Counted from the stretch's first letter, positions 9,901 through 18,783 are shown. The stretch: 64,000 nucleotides of DNA from Alphaproteobacteria bacterium (GCA_965220745.1 CBDCQT010000012.1:224001-288000); one strand, 5' to 3'. The notes: generated by a model not told the origin, from the sequence alone. Program-made: numbers and translations.

Positions 9901-10935
9901 GTCCGGGCGCCGGAATACCGCCTCTTCCCGGGCCAGATGGGCGGGAAGATCGTCGAGCCTCTCCGTCACTTCGCGGATGGCCTCCCGGCCGATCTTCACG
10001 TCATGGCCGGTGAGAGCGGCGATCAATTCCTCCCTCTCGACGAAGCCCTCGGCCTCGCTGCGCCAGCGCCGGTGCCTCACCTCCGGATCGTTGTCGTGCG
10101 ACTTCCCTTCGCGCGTGAGCTTGTTCACCCCCGCCATGCGCGATGCGTTGCCCAATGACAGGATGCCCAATTCCCCGGCCCGCGCGACGATCGCCTTTCT
10201 GCGCTTCGACCAGAACGCCTGCAAATCCTCCGGCATCCCTTCTATGCGCGTGAACTCCGCGTTGGGACCGTACTGCTGCATCCTGACGCCCAGACTCTGT
10301 TGCAGCTCCCACGCCACATAGGCGCGGAACAGGGCGCCCGCCGCCTTCTTCCAGCTGTAGACCGGGTACTGGTGATGCGCCCGCCACTTGCCGTCCTCGC
10401 GGGTGCGCGCGATGTTGAAGATCGTGCAGTGGACGTGAAGCTGCGGGTCGTTCTCACGGCTGGTGCCGTGGACGAAGGTCGCGCCCATCAGGTCCGCTTC
10501 CACCGGCCGAGCGACCCCTTTCTCGCTGACGCGGGTGTAGCTGCAATGTCTCAGCACCGTGTCTTCGAGCGCCGCCCGCGCTGAGGCCACCGCCATCGTC
10601 TCGATCCGCTCGCGCATCTCCGGCTCTGCGATGGCCCACAGCGCCGAGACGCTCTTGTCCACCGAGAACGTCATGTCGCCGCCGGGGGAGCGGTCCGGAT
10701 TGCCGGCGCGCTGCACCAGCTTGCCCGATCCGTCCGGGGCGAAGCCCGAGTAGAGGCGGTGGAAGTGGCCGGAATCTACCTTGCCGCCATCTTCAAGGCC
10801 GAACAGGTTCTTGGGGTTGAACCAGGTGCCGTCCGGCTCCTCTCCCGCCGTGTAGTACTCGTTGGGGTGCCGGAACGAGCGCTGGCTCTCCAGGTAGTAC
10901 TCGGCAGATGCCATCTGCCCGATGGTCGCTACCAT
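6922..10935 (-). CDS. MOBF (TrwC/TraI-like) relaxase-helicase, 1337 aa
   Basis: N-terminal YY...YY, DMTFS, HGTSRENDPQLHVH (HUH), helicase GAAGSGKTT, VDEAGM, GDTRQ, SAQGLTVD, ATRHRE. Confidence 0.95.
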   Translation of the reverse strand: MVATIGQMASAEYYLESQRSFRHPNEYYTAGEEPDGTWFNPKNLFGLEDGGKVDSGHFHRLYSGFAPDGSGKLVQRAGNPDRSPGGDMTFSVDKSVSALWAIAEPEMRERIETMAVASARAALEDTVLRHCSYTRVSEKGVARPVEADLMGATFVHGTSRENDPQLHVHCTIFNIARTREDGKWRAHHQYPVYSWKKAAGALFRAYVAWELQQSLGVRMQQYGPNAEFTRIEGMPEDLQAFWSKRRKAIVARAGELGILSLGNASRMAGVNKLTREGKSHDNDPEVRHRRWRSEAEGFVEREELIAALTGHDVKIGREAIREVTERLDDLPAHLAREEAVFRRPDMVEAAANAAARLMGREAVGTAIERLRRNPEIERLEPKKPTAESRAGMVHTEVYSTRHNLGLEQAVKDMTQAMAADTGHGLPEEAVKEKVDTLLAEGYPLSQEQSLAIRHATIKDGRVAVIEGAAGSGKTTTLRPITDLHKEHGYEIVPTAVAWRTAVALGDDCDARTYCVDKLLKLAAKGQVEIGRNTLIVVDEAGMLSTRQAHHILQLSERHGAKVVFAGDTRQQQPVEAGPGLRLIRDVAGSIRVDRIRRQKADLEDVLVHVHKETPEQARFRAGLTNPQERDAILAEYEAMEKKPLFTPWQVAVSEALRDGEAEQAIEAWHLRNRLHLHHDEEKTLTKLVEDWERHVRAEPETSTVVLARTRAEARALSWLMRERVLAQTPNAKRAVIQVSRDLDGRVTEPLEIAVGDRIRIGATHWEKQLFNGTVVTVEDLEVRPAKDTPVSRKARNRRAGGRETAADIDGSEPKRSWDEPPIHVTARTDDGRRVSFRHDEIRDWHDNIRLDYGYAMTIASAQGLTVDWAFLLVDDRPARETIYPAATRHREGIDIYVNRSPITLDIAERRPEDQAELPVMDSDVRAYLAERWSRSEPKEAALDYVSDDAWRDAHEGARTDVGNGGSRSNGRGHDGPSDGSGEATETQTHAAANDNAIVRIAEEIRHAVAGWRHGPAVDAFAAERTHVLAAWDSLRERTRSEGDAVALSPAFRETLDRHGALMRQAETFRARPQVFERLLAERAGIGQGEIDELGDVYARAGRYRRSVAGKAAQVRRSQPERSQEAQEARSAEKSVETEARPPAHPPKRPAATGQANNTVPSPLSGVEYRLLRLNWNLHRARAERAGISPYDLDGAAALIERIAEFAGNERVPAEPRRQLQAMVDGHLAHVRTRTHVQNWLKASDEHWKRFHKLRHRARALDVRIATLPAYANWLERNERLRREGRAILDDPGTYGAHLKRGEDFVEPVADSVSRMDRLSPQRQAQSKSRDRGRSWSM

Positions 10936-11103
10936 GGCGGGGCCGTTCCGAAGCAGTGAAGGCGGGCGATCATCGGAACGACGGGTCCGCCATGGGTATT
11001 CTGTGCTGTGGGCGTGTCGCCGCGCGGCAGTAACGCCCTGTAAACACGGGGTCGTTCGCTCGCACCGCGCGCATTTCCGTCATCCACGACCACTCTACAA
11101 GCC

Positions 11104-11135
11104 CTATACAACGGCCCTGCAAGCGTCAGCTTGCA
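11104..11135 (-). other. Candidate oriT (hairpin plus nic-like sequence) upstream of relaxase 1
   Basis: Perfect 7-bp IR TGCAAGC-N4-GCTTGCA (11118-11135), followed on the - strand by GGGCCGTTGTATAG. Layout resembles the R388 MOBF nic region. Confidence 0.35.
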
Positions 11136-11502
11136 CAGGTGTGACGGGCTGTCTTTTCTCTCATGTGCTTCGCTCACGACGAGATACATCATATAGTGGG
11201 TCGCCCGACGGGGATGGGCGACGGGGCGATGGCGGTCGTCTTGGCGAAGCCTGTACAAACCACCATGAGCGCCATCGATGTGCGGACCGGTTGCGAGAGC
11301 GCAGGTTCGAGCAACGGTCCGGGGGTGTGGTGCTGACGATTGCCGCCTGGCGACACAGTGGCGAGACGGCATGGAAGGGCGTTGGCCAAGAGGGGAGAGA
11401 GGAGCGCGGGCGATGGCTCCTCAGCCTCTTTGAGATAGAGAGAAGCGCTCAGACTAATGTGAAGTTTCGGCTGACTTATAAAGGCGAACTGCGCCCCACC
11501 GG

Positions 11503-11870
11503 ACGCCGTCAGTAGCGGCGGAAGCTGCGCTCGCTCATCCCCGGAAGCTCCACCGCCTCCAGGGAGGAAAGCCGCCGTGCTTGCCAGTGTCCCACCTCCT
11601 GAAGGCTCTGCATCCTGCGATCCTGTAGCAACGCCGTCCGGTTCATCGCCCCCCGAGAAACCAAACCGGACAATTCGTGTGCTACATAAAACCGGACACA
11701 TAATCTGCTAGGGAAGGTCTGAATAAGTGCCTCCTGCATTTCTCAGACGCGCAAGGCGGAAGCGCGCTTTCCGCTTTGCTCACATTTTCAGTGACTTACA
11801 GCCACCGAAAATGGTGGCACATCCCTGTGCCACGGGAACCCCTGATAAATCAGAGGTTCCCTAGGGGACA
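11503..11870 (-). mobile_element. Left-end remnant of an IS1202/ISNCY (IS481-related) insertion sequence, interrupted by a MITE
   Basis: Removing the MITE gives terminus TGTCCCCTAGCAGATTATGTGTCCGG with repeated TGTCCGG subterminal motifs. Degenerate transposase start MNRTALLQDRRM...GMSERSFRRY* from 11646. Confidence 0.7.
11712..11860. mobile_element. 149-bp IS5-family-derived MITE
   Basis: Ends GGAAGGTCTGAATAAG and ATAAATCAGAGGTTCC (imperfect IR, IS5-like). CTAG duplication at 11708-11711 and 11861-11864. No ORF. Confidence 0.75.
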
Positions 11871-11899
11871 CGCACACGCCTCGCGCACACGCCTCGCGC

Positions 11900-11928
11900 T
11901 TGACACCTTCTCGGGCACCAAACATCAT
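11900..11928 (+). promoter_or_regulatory. Putative sigma70 promoter for the ABC/dihydropyrimidinase operon
   Basis: TTGACA-N17-CATCAT about 130 bp upstream of 12060. Confidence 0.45.
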
Positions 11929-12059
11929 TCCTGCAGGGTGCCGGTCGGACGGCAGTTATCAAGAATAAGAACAATTTTGATGTCTTGCCGGGCAGCGGTC
12001 CGCGAAAACCTGACCCCTGACCGGCAGCCATCGACTGGTCATCCAAGGGAGGTCAAGAA

Positions 12060-13385
12060 ATGATCCGACAATCAAGGCAGACCAAACGCTCCGCTGCCGT
12101 TGCTGCAGCATTCGCCGGCGCATTCGCGCTACTTCTCACGACCGGCGCGCCATCCGCGACCGCCGCCGACGTCTACACCCCGGCGCCGCCCGAGCCCGGC
12201 ACCGACATTCCGACGGCGGAAGTGAACTTCGGCATGCGCCCCTATGCCGACAACACCTTCTACGTCATCGCAATGAAGAAGGGCTGGTTCGCAGACGCCG
12301 GCATCACGATCGGGCCGGAAGAGCTCGGCCTGAAGGTCACCGACACCAACGTCAACGCGCTGCTCCTCAACGGTCAGCTCGACATCTCGAGCCAATACTG
12401 TCCGTTGATGCTGCCGACCTACAAGAGCGCGAACACGCTGAAGTGCATCGCGTTCACCGACAACTTCCTCGGCACCGCGCTGCTCGCCAACCCCGAGCTC
12501 GGGCTGAAGAGCTTCAAGGAGTACATCGCCGAGGGCATGGGCTTCGAGGAGGCAATCACGGCCTCGTTGGCGCCGATGAACGGCAAGACCCTGGTGGGCT
12601 CGCCGGTGCTGAGCAAGCGGCCGTTCGAGGAGGCCGTCTCGGCGTTCTCAGGCGCGACCTGGGATCTCGACCTGATGGACGATGCCAAGTCGCTCGTGCT
12701 GGCCAAGGCCGGCCGTATCGACTTCGTCAATCCCGAAGGCGCGCCGATCGTCTATACCCTGATGAAGGCGGGATGGACCAACCTCATCGACGTCGGCGAC
12801 CTCTACAACTACGGGCCCGGCGGCGTGGATTCGCCCATGCAGAAGCTGGTGACCATCGTCGGCATCGCGTCGAACTCGAACTACATCAACGAGAACCAGA
12901 ACACGATCCTGCGCTTCCTCTCCGTGGCGTGGCGCACGCTCGCCGCGGTCGACGAAGACCCCTCTCTCTATGAGCTCCAGGCGCCCTATCTGAACAGCGT
13001 CGCGGGAACCGACCTGGATGCCAAGGGAGTGGAAGAGACGGTCGCCATCCTGCATCCCTACTCGTCGTTCGAGTACAACGAGAAGTACTACCGCGACGAG
13101 TCGAGCCTGCTCTACTACCTGAACGCCTGGCCCGCGATCATCGCGGACTGGGCCGAGAAGGGCCTGCTGCCTGCGGATGCGGTCACGGCCGAGCAGTTCG
13201 TCTGGGGCGCGGCGATCTGGGAGCAGATGAAGGACTACCAGGCGAAGTCGGCGGCGATGATCGCCGATCTCGAAGGCCAGTCCCTTGATGCCGACAAGCA
13301 GGCGCTGCTGGACCAGGCCAAGCAGTACTTCGAGTGGTTCAACTTCCTGGATGCCTACCGTCTGGCAACTGCTGCGTCGTCGTAG
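12060..13385 (+). CDS. ABC transporter substrate-binding protein (NitT/TauT/SsuA-like)
   Basis: Signal peptide; KKGWFADAGITI and LLNGQLDI motifs; RBS GGGAGG; precedes permeases and ATPase. Confidence 0.85.
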   Translation: MIRQSRQTKRSAAVAAAFAGAFALLLTTGAPSATAADVYTPAPPEPGTDIPTAEVNFGMRPYADNTFYVIAMKKGWFADAGITIGPEELGLKVTDTNVNALLLNGQLDISSQYCPLMLPTYKSANTLKCIAFTDNFLGTALLANPELGLKSFKEYIAEGMGFEEAITASLAPMNGKTLVGSPVLSKRPFEEAVSAFSGATWDLDLMDDAKSLVLAKAGRIDFVNPEGAPIVYTLMKAGWTNLIDVGDLYNYGPGGVDSPMQKLVTIVGIASNSNYINENQNTILRFLSVAWRTLAAVDEDPSLYELQAPYLNSVAGTDLDAKGVEETVAILHPYSSFEYNEKYYRDESSLLYYLNAWPAIIADWAEKGLLPADAVTAEQFVWGAAIWEQMKDYQAKSAAMIADLEGQSLDADKQALLDQAKQYFEWFNFLDAYRLATAASS

Positions 13386-13543
13386 GCACGGGCGTTTGAC
13401 CCTCGCCTGACGAGAGGCGCAAGGGATCAATTCAAGGCCGGCCGGCGCGCAGCGTCAGTTACGACCAGCGCGCCGGCCGTGCCGTCCCCGCCGGGGGGCG
13501 GTGCAACGGTCTGGATGGCCCACGGTGAAGCCGGCATAGTTCG

Positions 13544-14344
13544 GTGATGGCGCAGCGGTTTGACGTTCTCGGCCTGATCGGTCTCGTGCTCCTGGTGGCC
13601 GTCTGGCAGCTGCTGACGTTCGCCATCCCGCTGATCGCGCTGCCGCATCCGGCCCACGTGGCCGAGCGCATCGGCGAGGACTTTATCGTCGCGGACTACC
13701 TGCTGTTCTACGGATTGCCCGAGACGGGCCTCCTCGACAGCATGATCTACACGACCCAGAACGTCCTGATCGCGGTGGCCCTCGGGGCCACCGTCGGCAC
13801 CGTGTGTGGCCTGGTGACGGCACGCTTCGATCTGATCCGAGCGGTCATCGATCCGGTGCTCTTGGTGCTGGGGACAATCCCCATCCTCGTCCTGGCGCCG
13901 TTCTTCCTGATCTGGTTCGGCACTGGCAGGACCAGCGCCGTGCTGCTGGTGGCCATCTACGTTGCCGTCATCCTCTATATCTACGCCCAGCGCGCCGCGA
14001 GCACGCTGAATCCGGTCTACGAAGACGCCGCCTACACGCTGGGCGCGAGCCGCCGGCGTGTCGTCTGGGACGTGCTCATCAAGGGCACGGTGCCGCAGAT
14101 CCTCGGCGGCATCCGGATCGCGTTGGCGGGCGCCTGGGGCCTGGAGGCCATCGCCGAGCTGCTCGGCGCGCAGCAGGGCATCGGCAAGATCGTCCAGGTC
14201 CTCGCCGGCTCCACGGACATGGAGGGCATCTTCGCCGCTCTCCTCGTGCTCGGTATCCTGGCGGTTGTGTTCGATGCCTTCACCGCCCGATTCTTCTCCT
14301 ACGTCTCGGCGTGGAGCGTCGAGGCCCGCACCGGCGGAGGGTGA
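13544..14344 (+). CDS. NitT/TauT family ABC permease
   Basis: TIPILVLAPFFLIWFG and EAA loop DAAYTLGAS. Confidence 0.92.
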   Translation: MMAQRFDVLGLIGLVLLVAVWQLLTFAIPLIALPHPAHVAERIGEDFIVADYLLFYGLPETGLLDSMIYTTQNVLIAVALGATVGTVCGLVTARFDLIRAVIDPVLLVLGTIPILVLAPFFLIWFGTGRTSAVLLVAIYVAVILYIYAQRAASTLNPVYEDAAYTLGASRRRVVWDVLIKGTVPQILGGIRIALAGAWGLEAIAELLGAQQGIGKIVQVLAGSTDMEGIFAALLVLGILAVVFDAFTARFFSYVSAWSVEARTGGG

Positions 14345-14348
14345 TCCA

Positions 14349-15185
14349 GTGGCAAGGGCGGCAGACGGCAGAGACGTCATCGTGGCCAGCAATCTGTCGC
14401 GAACCTTCCGGCGCGCGGACCGGCAGATGGTGACGGCGCTCGACGACGTGACCTTCGGGATCGACCGGGGCCAGTTCGTCTGCCTGGTCGGGCCGTCCGG
14501 TTGCGGCAAGTCGACGCTGCTCAAGCTCATCGCCGGGCTCATGCTGCCGTCCTCCGGCGCCCTCGAGGTGGAGGGCGAGAGCGTCACCCAGCCCGGCCCC
14601 GAGCGCGGCATGGTGTTCCAGCAGGACAGCGTCTTCCCCTGGCTGCGCGTGATCGACAACGTCGAGTACGGGTTGAAGTGCAGGGGCGTCGGCAGGGCCG
14701 AGCGGCGCAAGAGCGCCGAGTTCTACCTGGAGCGCGTGGGCCTCTCGCATGTCGCCAGGGCGTGGCCGCGCGAGCTCTCCGGCGGGATGCTGAAGCGGGT
14801 CGCCGTGGCCACGGTCTTCGCCAACGGCGCGAACGTGCTGCTGCTCGACGAGCCCTTCGGCGCGGTCGACTACGTCACCAAGCGCAACCTCCACGACGTT
14901 CTGTTGGCGCTGTGGACCGAGGCGGGCTCGACCGAACGCCGTACCGTGGTTTTCGTGACCCACGACGTGGACGAAGCGCTGATCCTGGCGGACCGCATTC
15001 TGGTCATGCACAGCGGCCGCATCGTCGACGATCTCGCGGTCACGGCACCCAGGCCGCGCACGACCGACGGGCTCATGGAGCCCACCATGGTGCGGCACAA
15101 GCATGTTCTGCTCGCGCACCTCGGCCTCGAGAGCCGGCAGGGCGCCGCCGAGGCGCCGGCGGGCGGGGAGGGGACTGCGCCATGA
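14349..15185 (+). CDS. NitT/TauT family ABC ATP-binding protein
   Basis: GPSGCGKST, LSGGM, LLDEPFGA, VTHDVDEA. GTG start at 14349 after GGAGG. Confidence 0.93.
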   Translation: MARAADGRDVIVASNLSRTFRRADRQMVTALDDVTFGIDRGQFVCLVGPSGCGKSTLLKLIAGLMLPSSGALEVEGESVTQPGPERGMVFQQDSVFPWLRVIDNVEYGLKCRGVGRAERRKSAEFYLERVGLSHVARAWPRELSGGMLKRVAVATVFANGANVLLLDEPFGAVDYVTKRNLHDVLLALWTEAGSTERRTVVFVTHDVDEALILADRILVMHSGRIVDDLAVTAPRPRTTDGLMEPTMVRHKHVLLAHLGLESRQGAAEAPAGGEGTAP

Positions 15186-16054
15186 AGTGGCTGATCGCCC
15201 AGTTCCGCCGCCGCCTCGTCTCGATCCTGGTGCTGCTCGCGATGGCCGGAATCTGGCAGATCCTGTCGACGATCTACACTGCGGAAGCGGTTCCGGGCGA
15301 GCCCATGGTGCCGGGCTGGCAGATCGTGTTCAGCCGCACCCTGCTCTCGCTCTCGGATTATTGGCAGGGAGGCCTTGGCGTCCCATCGGTCGCCGAGGGC
15401 GCACCGCAGAGCTACCTCGCCGCGCTGCTCTCCATCCTGGACCACTCGGTCGACACCATCGTGCGGCTCTACGTCGGCCTCCTGATCGGCGGCATCGTCG
15501 GCTCGCTGCTCGGCATGGCGGTGTCGTGGTCGCCGTGGACTCGCCGGATCGTCGACCTGCCGGTCCAGCTCCTGCGGACCCTGCCGCTGCTCGCCATGGT
15601 GCCGATGTTCCAGCTCTGGTTCGGCATCGACTTCGTCGGCAAGATCGCCTTCGTCGGCTACGGCGTTGGCGTCATCTTCTTCGCCGGCGTGGTGAACGCG
15701 GTGAAGAACGTCCCGCAGATTTATATCGACAACGCGCGGACCCTCGGCGCCTCGCGCCTGCAGATCTACCGCACCGTCGTTCTGCCGGCGATCTTTCCCG
15801 AGATGCGGGGGACCATCCTGCTCAGCCTCGGTATCGGCTGGGCGGCGGTGCTCGGCGCGGAGTACCTGGGCGCCCAGTCCGGGCTCGGCTACGTGATCAT
15901 CTACTCCGAGCAGTTCGCGTATCTGGACAGGATGTTCGTGGTGGCGCTGATCTTCGTGTTCTACGCCTCGATCAGCTACGCCATCTTCGACCGGCTATCG
16001 AGACGGCTGCTGCAGTGGACGCCGCAGGCGGGGCGCGTGGTTGCCCACGGCTGA
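15182..16054 (+). CDS. NitT/TauT family ABC permease
   Basis: RTLPLLAMVPMFQLWFG, NARTLGAS, AEYLGAQSGLG. ATGA overlap. Confidence 0.92.
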   Translation: MKWLIAQFRRRLVSILVLLAMAGIWQILSTIYTAEAVPGEPMVPGWQIVFSRTLLSLSDYWQGGLGVPSVAEGAPQSYLAALLSILDHSVDTIVRLYVGLLIGGIVGSLLGMAVSWSPWTRRIVDLPVQLLRTLPLLAMVPMFQLWFGIDFVGKIAFVGYGVGVIFFAGVVNAVKNVPQIYIDNARTLGASRLQIYRTVVLPAIFPEMRGTILLSLGIGWAAVLGAEYLGAQSGLGYVIIYSEQFAYLDRMFVVALIFVFYASISYAIFDRLSRRLLQWTPQAGRVVAHG

Positions 16055-16111
16055 GGCCGTCGCGGTGCGCGCCTATCCATCAGCGGCGACATCGAAGGGA
16101 GTGAAGGCATC

Positions 16112-17554
16112 GTGAGCGAATTCGATCTGGTGATCCGCAACGGCAGGATCGCGACGGCGGCGGACGTCTTCACCGGCGACATCGGCATCGTGGACGGCAG
16201 AATCGAGGCCATGGCGTCCACCCTCGGCCAGGGGCGCGAGGAGATCGACGCTGCGGGTCGAACCATCACCCCCGGCGGCATCGACGGGCACATCCACCTG
16301 GAGCAACGCCTGCCCGACGGCGCCGAGATCGCCGACAACTTCTATACCGGCTCGCGCTCGGCCGCGTGCGGGGGCACGACGACCATCATCCCCTTCGCCT
16401 TTCAGGACCACGGCGCATCGCTGAGCCAGGTGCTCGCCGATTACCGCGAGAGCGCCGAGGGACGCTGCTTCATCGACTACGCCTTCCACGCCATCATCAC
16501 CGACCCCACCGCGCAGGTGCTGAACCAGGAGCTGCCCTCGCTCGTGCGCGAGGGCTACACCTCCTACAAGCTCTACATGACCTACGAGGGCCTGCAGCTC
16601 ACCGATCGCCAGGTGCTCGACGTGCTGACCGCGATGCGCCGCGAGCAGGCGATCAGCATGGTGCACGCGGAGAACACGGAGTTCATCGAGTGGTTGACCG
16701 AGCGACTGGTGGACAAGGGCCTGACCGCGCCCAAGTACCATACGAAGGCGCACCCCGTGATCGGCGAACGCGAGGCCACGCACCGCGCCATGTCCATGTC
16801 CGAGCTCGTGGGCGTGCCCATCGTGCTCGTGCACGTCTCCGCGCGCGAGGTGGTAGAGCAGATCGACTGGGCCCGTGCCAGGGGCCTCGCGATCCATGCC
16901 GAGACCTGCCCCCAGTATCTGCTGCTGACCGAGGATGCCTACGACGTGGAGGGCTTCGAGGGGGCGAAGTTCATCTGCACGCCGCCGCCCCGCACCGCCG
17001 ACGATCAGGAGGCGATCTGGGCCGCGCTCGCCCGCGATGTCTTCGACATCGTCTCCTCGGACCACTCACCGTTTCGCTACGCCGACCCCAAGGGCAAGCA
17101 GATCGCCGGGACAAGCGCCGGCTTTCACAAGGTGCCGAACGGCGTCCCCGGCGTGGAGACGCGGATGCCACTGCTCTACTCAGAAGGCGTGCTCAAGGGA
17201 CGGATCGACGTCAACCAGTTCGTCAGGATGACGTCCACCAACGTCGCCAAGCTCTACGGCCTCTATCCGCGCAAGGGGGCGATCGCGCTCGGCGCCGACG
17301 CCGACCTGGTGATCTGGGATGAGGACACGCCGGTCACCGTCACCAACGACCGGCTGCACCATGACTGCGACTACACCCCTTACGAGGGGATGACCCTCGG
17401 GGCGTGGCCCGCCGTCACGCTGTCGCGGGGGCGCCCGGTGTGGCGCGATGGCGCGCTCTGCGTGGACGCCGGACACGGAGAGTTCCAGGCCTGCGAACGT
17501 CCCGCCGTCGCGCGCGCGCCGCGCCCGACCCGGATCCCTGAACTCATTCAGTAG
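16112..17554 (+). CDS. hydA: Dihydropyrimidinase / D-hydantoinase
   Basis: PGGIDGHIH, GGTTT, SYKLYMTY (carbamylated Lys), HAEN, HVS, ETCPQYL, SSDHSP, PNGVPGVE. Confidence 0.93.
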   Translation: MSEFDLVIRNGRIATAADVFTGDIGIVDGRIEAMASTLGQGREEIDAAGRTITPGGIDGHIHLEQRLPDGAEIADNFYTGSRSAACGGTTTIIPFAFQDHGASLSQVLADYRESAEGRCFIDYAFHAIITDPTAQVLNQELPSLVREGYTSYKLYMTYEGLQLTDRQVLDVLTAMRREQAISMVHAENTEFIEWLTERLVDKGLTAPKYHTKAHPVIGEREATHRAMSMSELVGVPIVLVHVSAREVVEQIDWARARGLAIHAETCPQYLLLTEDAYDVEGFEGAKFICTPPPRTADDQEAIWAALARDVFDIVSSDHSPFRYADPKGKQIAGTSAGFHKVPNGVPGVETRMPLLYSEGVLKGRIDVNQFVRMTSTNVAKLYGLYPRKGAIALGADADLVIWDEDTPVTVTNDRLHHDCDYTPYEGMTLGAWPAVTLSRGRPVWRDGALCVDAGHGEFQACERPAVARAPRPTRIPELIQ

Positions 17555-17696
17555 GCAGCCTTCAGCAGGGCCAGGCGACTCTGCGAGCATCACTCGCCCG
17601 CCCAGAATCGTCCGGTCGGAATTCGCGTATCTCAAGGCAGTTCGCATCAGCCGCCCGGTGCTAAGGGAAAGGGCAGGAATGAACGCGTACGGGTGA

Positions 17697-17933
17697 GCCA
17701 GGCAACACGGCGGCTCTGCGGACGCGTTCGCCGCCGGTGCACGCCGGCATCTCGCTCGCAACGGCCGCTACTCCCACGACTACAAATTCACCGAGGCTGC
17801 CCTGGAGAACTACAGGGAAATGGCGCCTACCGCATGGCGGGACCGGAATTTCGCCGCTTCGATGGCATACTTCACAGGGTCTGCAACGGCGCCGAGCCCC
17901 GTTGCTCAAGAGGCGCTGCAGTTGCTTGGGTAA
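17697..17933 (+). pseudogene. Orphan C-terminal fragment of an unidentified gene
   Basis: Start-less frame with protein-like sequence ...RNGRYSHDYKFTEAALENYREMAPTAWRDRNFAAS...EALQLLG*. Confidence 0.4.
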
Positions 17934-18082
17934 GGAGAACCGACACTGAAGGGCGGCTGCGCCTGCGAAGCCTGAGGCGAAGACCTGCGGCGCCGGCCGC
18001 TAGACGGGCAAGGTCCAGAGGCGGCGCCGCAGCCAACCCGTGCGATAGTGTCGCGAGCTCACCCGCCGGAGGACCACCGCGC

Positions 18083-18637
18083 ATGTCCAGAGTACCCCTC
18101 GCCGATCCGCAAGACCTGCCGCCCTTCCTCAAGACCATGCACGACGGTGCTGGTGCGGAGGACTGGTCGACCCGCCATTGCGCCCGCGCCTTCGCGGCGC
18201 ACCCGGACATCCTGGAGCGCTATCTCGCCTTCTACTATCCCTTCCACGCGAGCGAGCCGGGAAGCCTGTTGGACTGCCGCACAAAAGAGCTGGTGAGACT
18301 GCGCATCGCCACCCTCAACGGCTGTAAGACCTGCAAGGCCGCTCGGCTCGCGCCCAGCGAGGTGAGCGAGCAGGAGGCGGCGGTCGGAGTCGACGACCTG
18401 GCCGAAGCAGAGTTCTCCTCGAGGGAACGCGCCGCGCTCACCCTCGCTGAGCAGATGGCACTCGACCACCATAGCTTCGACGACGGGGCGATGCGCGCGT
18501 TACGTCAGCACTTCTCGCGGGCCGAGACCCTCGAACTCATGATGATGATCGGCCAGTACATCGGCTTCGGCCGGATGCTGGCGATGCTCCAGCTCGAAGA
18601 GATACGCTGCTCCATCGGCCCAGTGGACGATACTTAG
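18083..18637 (+). CDS. Carboxymuconolactone decarboxylase / AhpD-like protein
   Basis: KELVRLRIATLNGCKTC (CxxC), RERAAL, LRQHFS. ATG at 18083 after GGAGG. Confidence 0.85.
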   Translation: MSRVPLADPQDLPPFLKTMHDGAGAEDWSTRHCARAFAAHPDILERYLAFYYPFHASEPGSLLDCRTKELVRLRIATLNGCKTCKAARLAPSEVSEQEAAVGVDDLAEAEFSSRERAALTLAEQMALDHHSFDDGAMRALRQHFSRAETLELMMMIGQYIGFGRMLAMLQLEEIRCSIGPVDDT

Positions 18638-18663
18638 AGCGCGTCCGTCTTTGACGGACGCGC
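18634..18663. repeat. TAGAGC-initiated palindromic hairpin at the 3' end of the AhpD-like gene
   Basis: GCGCGTCCGTC-TTT-GACGGACGCGC 11-bp stem directly after the TAG stop. Confidence 0.6.
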
Positions 18664-18748
18664 GACAGGCCGCGACCGCGGCCCGCCGCTTATGCGGCGC
18701 CCTCGCGGAGGCGCCGGCCGTGGGCCGGCTGCCGTGAGCGACGAATCG

Positions 18749-18783
18749 CTAGAGCGTTTCCGTGTGAAGCGGAAACGCTCTAG
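18749..18783. repeat. CTAGAGC...GCTCTAG palindromic element (REP-like, possible terminator)
   Basis: Perfect 14-bp stem CTAGAGCGTTTCCG-N7-CGGAAACGCTCTAG that contains the stop codon of the convergent gene. Confidence 0.7.

Noticed and set aside
8269-10158. Long antisense ORFs (also 21195-23006, 27064-28701, 34214-35947, 46253-48598)
   Set aside because: Shadow ORFs expected opposite real genes in high-GC DNA; no motifs.
11871-11899. 13-bp tandem duplication CGCACACGCCTCG next to the IS end as its target duplication
   Set aside because: Both copies lie on the same side of the element, so local slippage is more likely.
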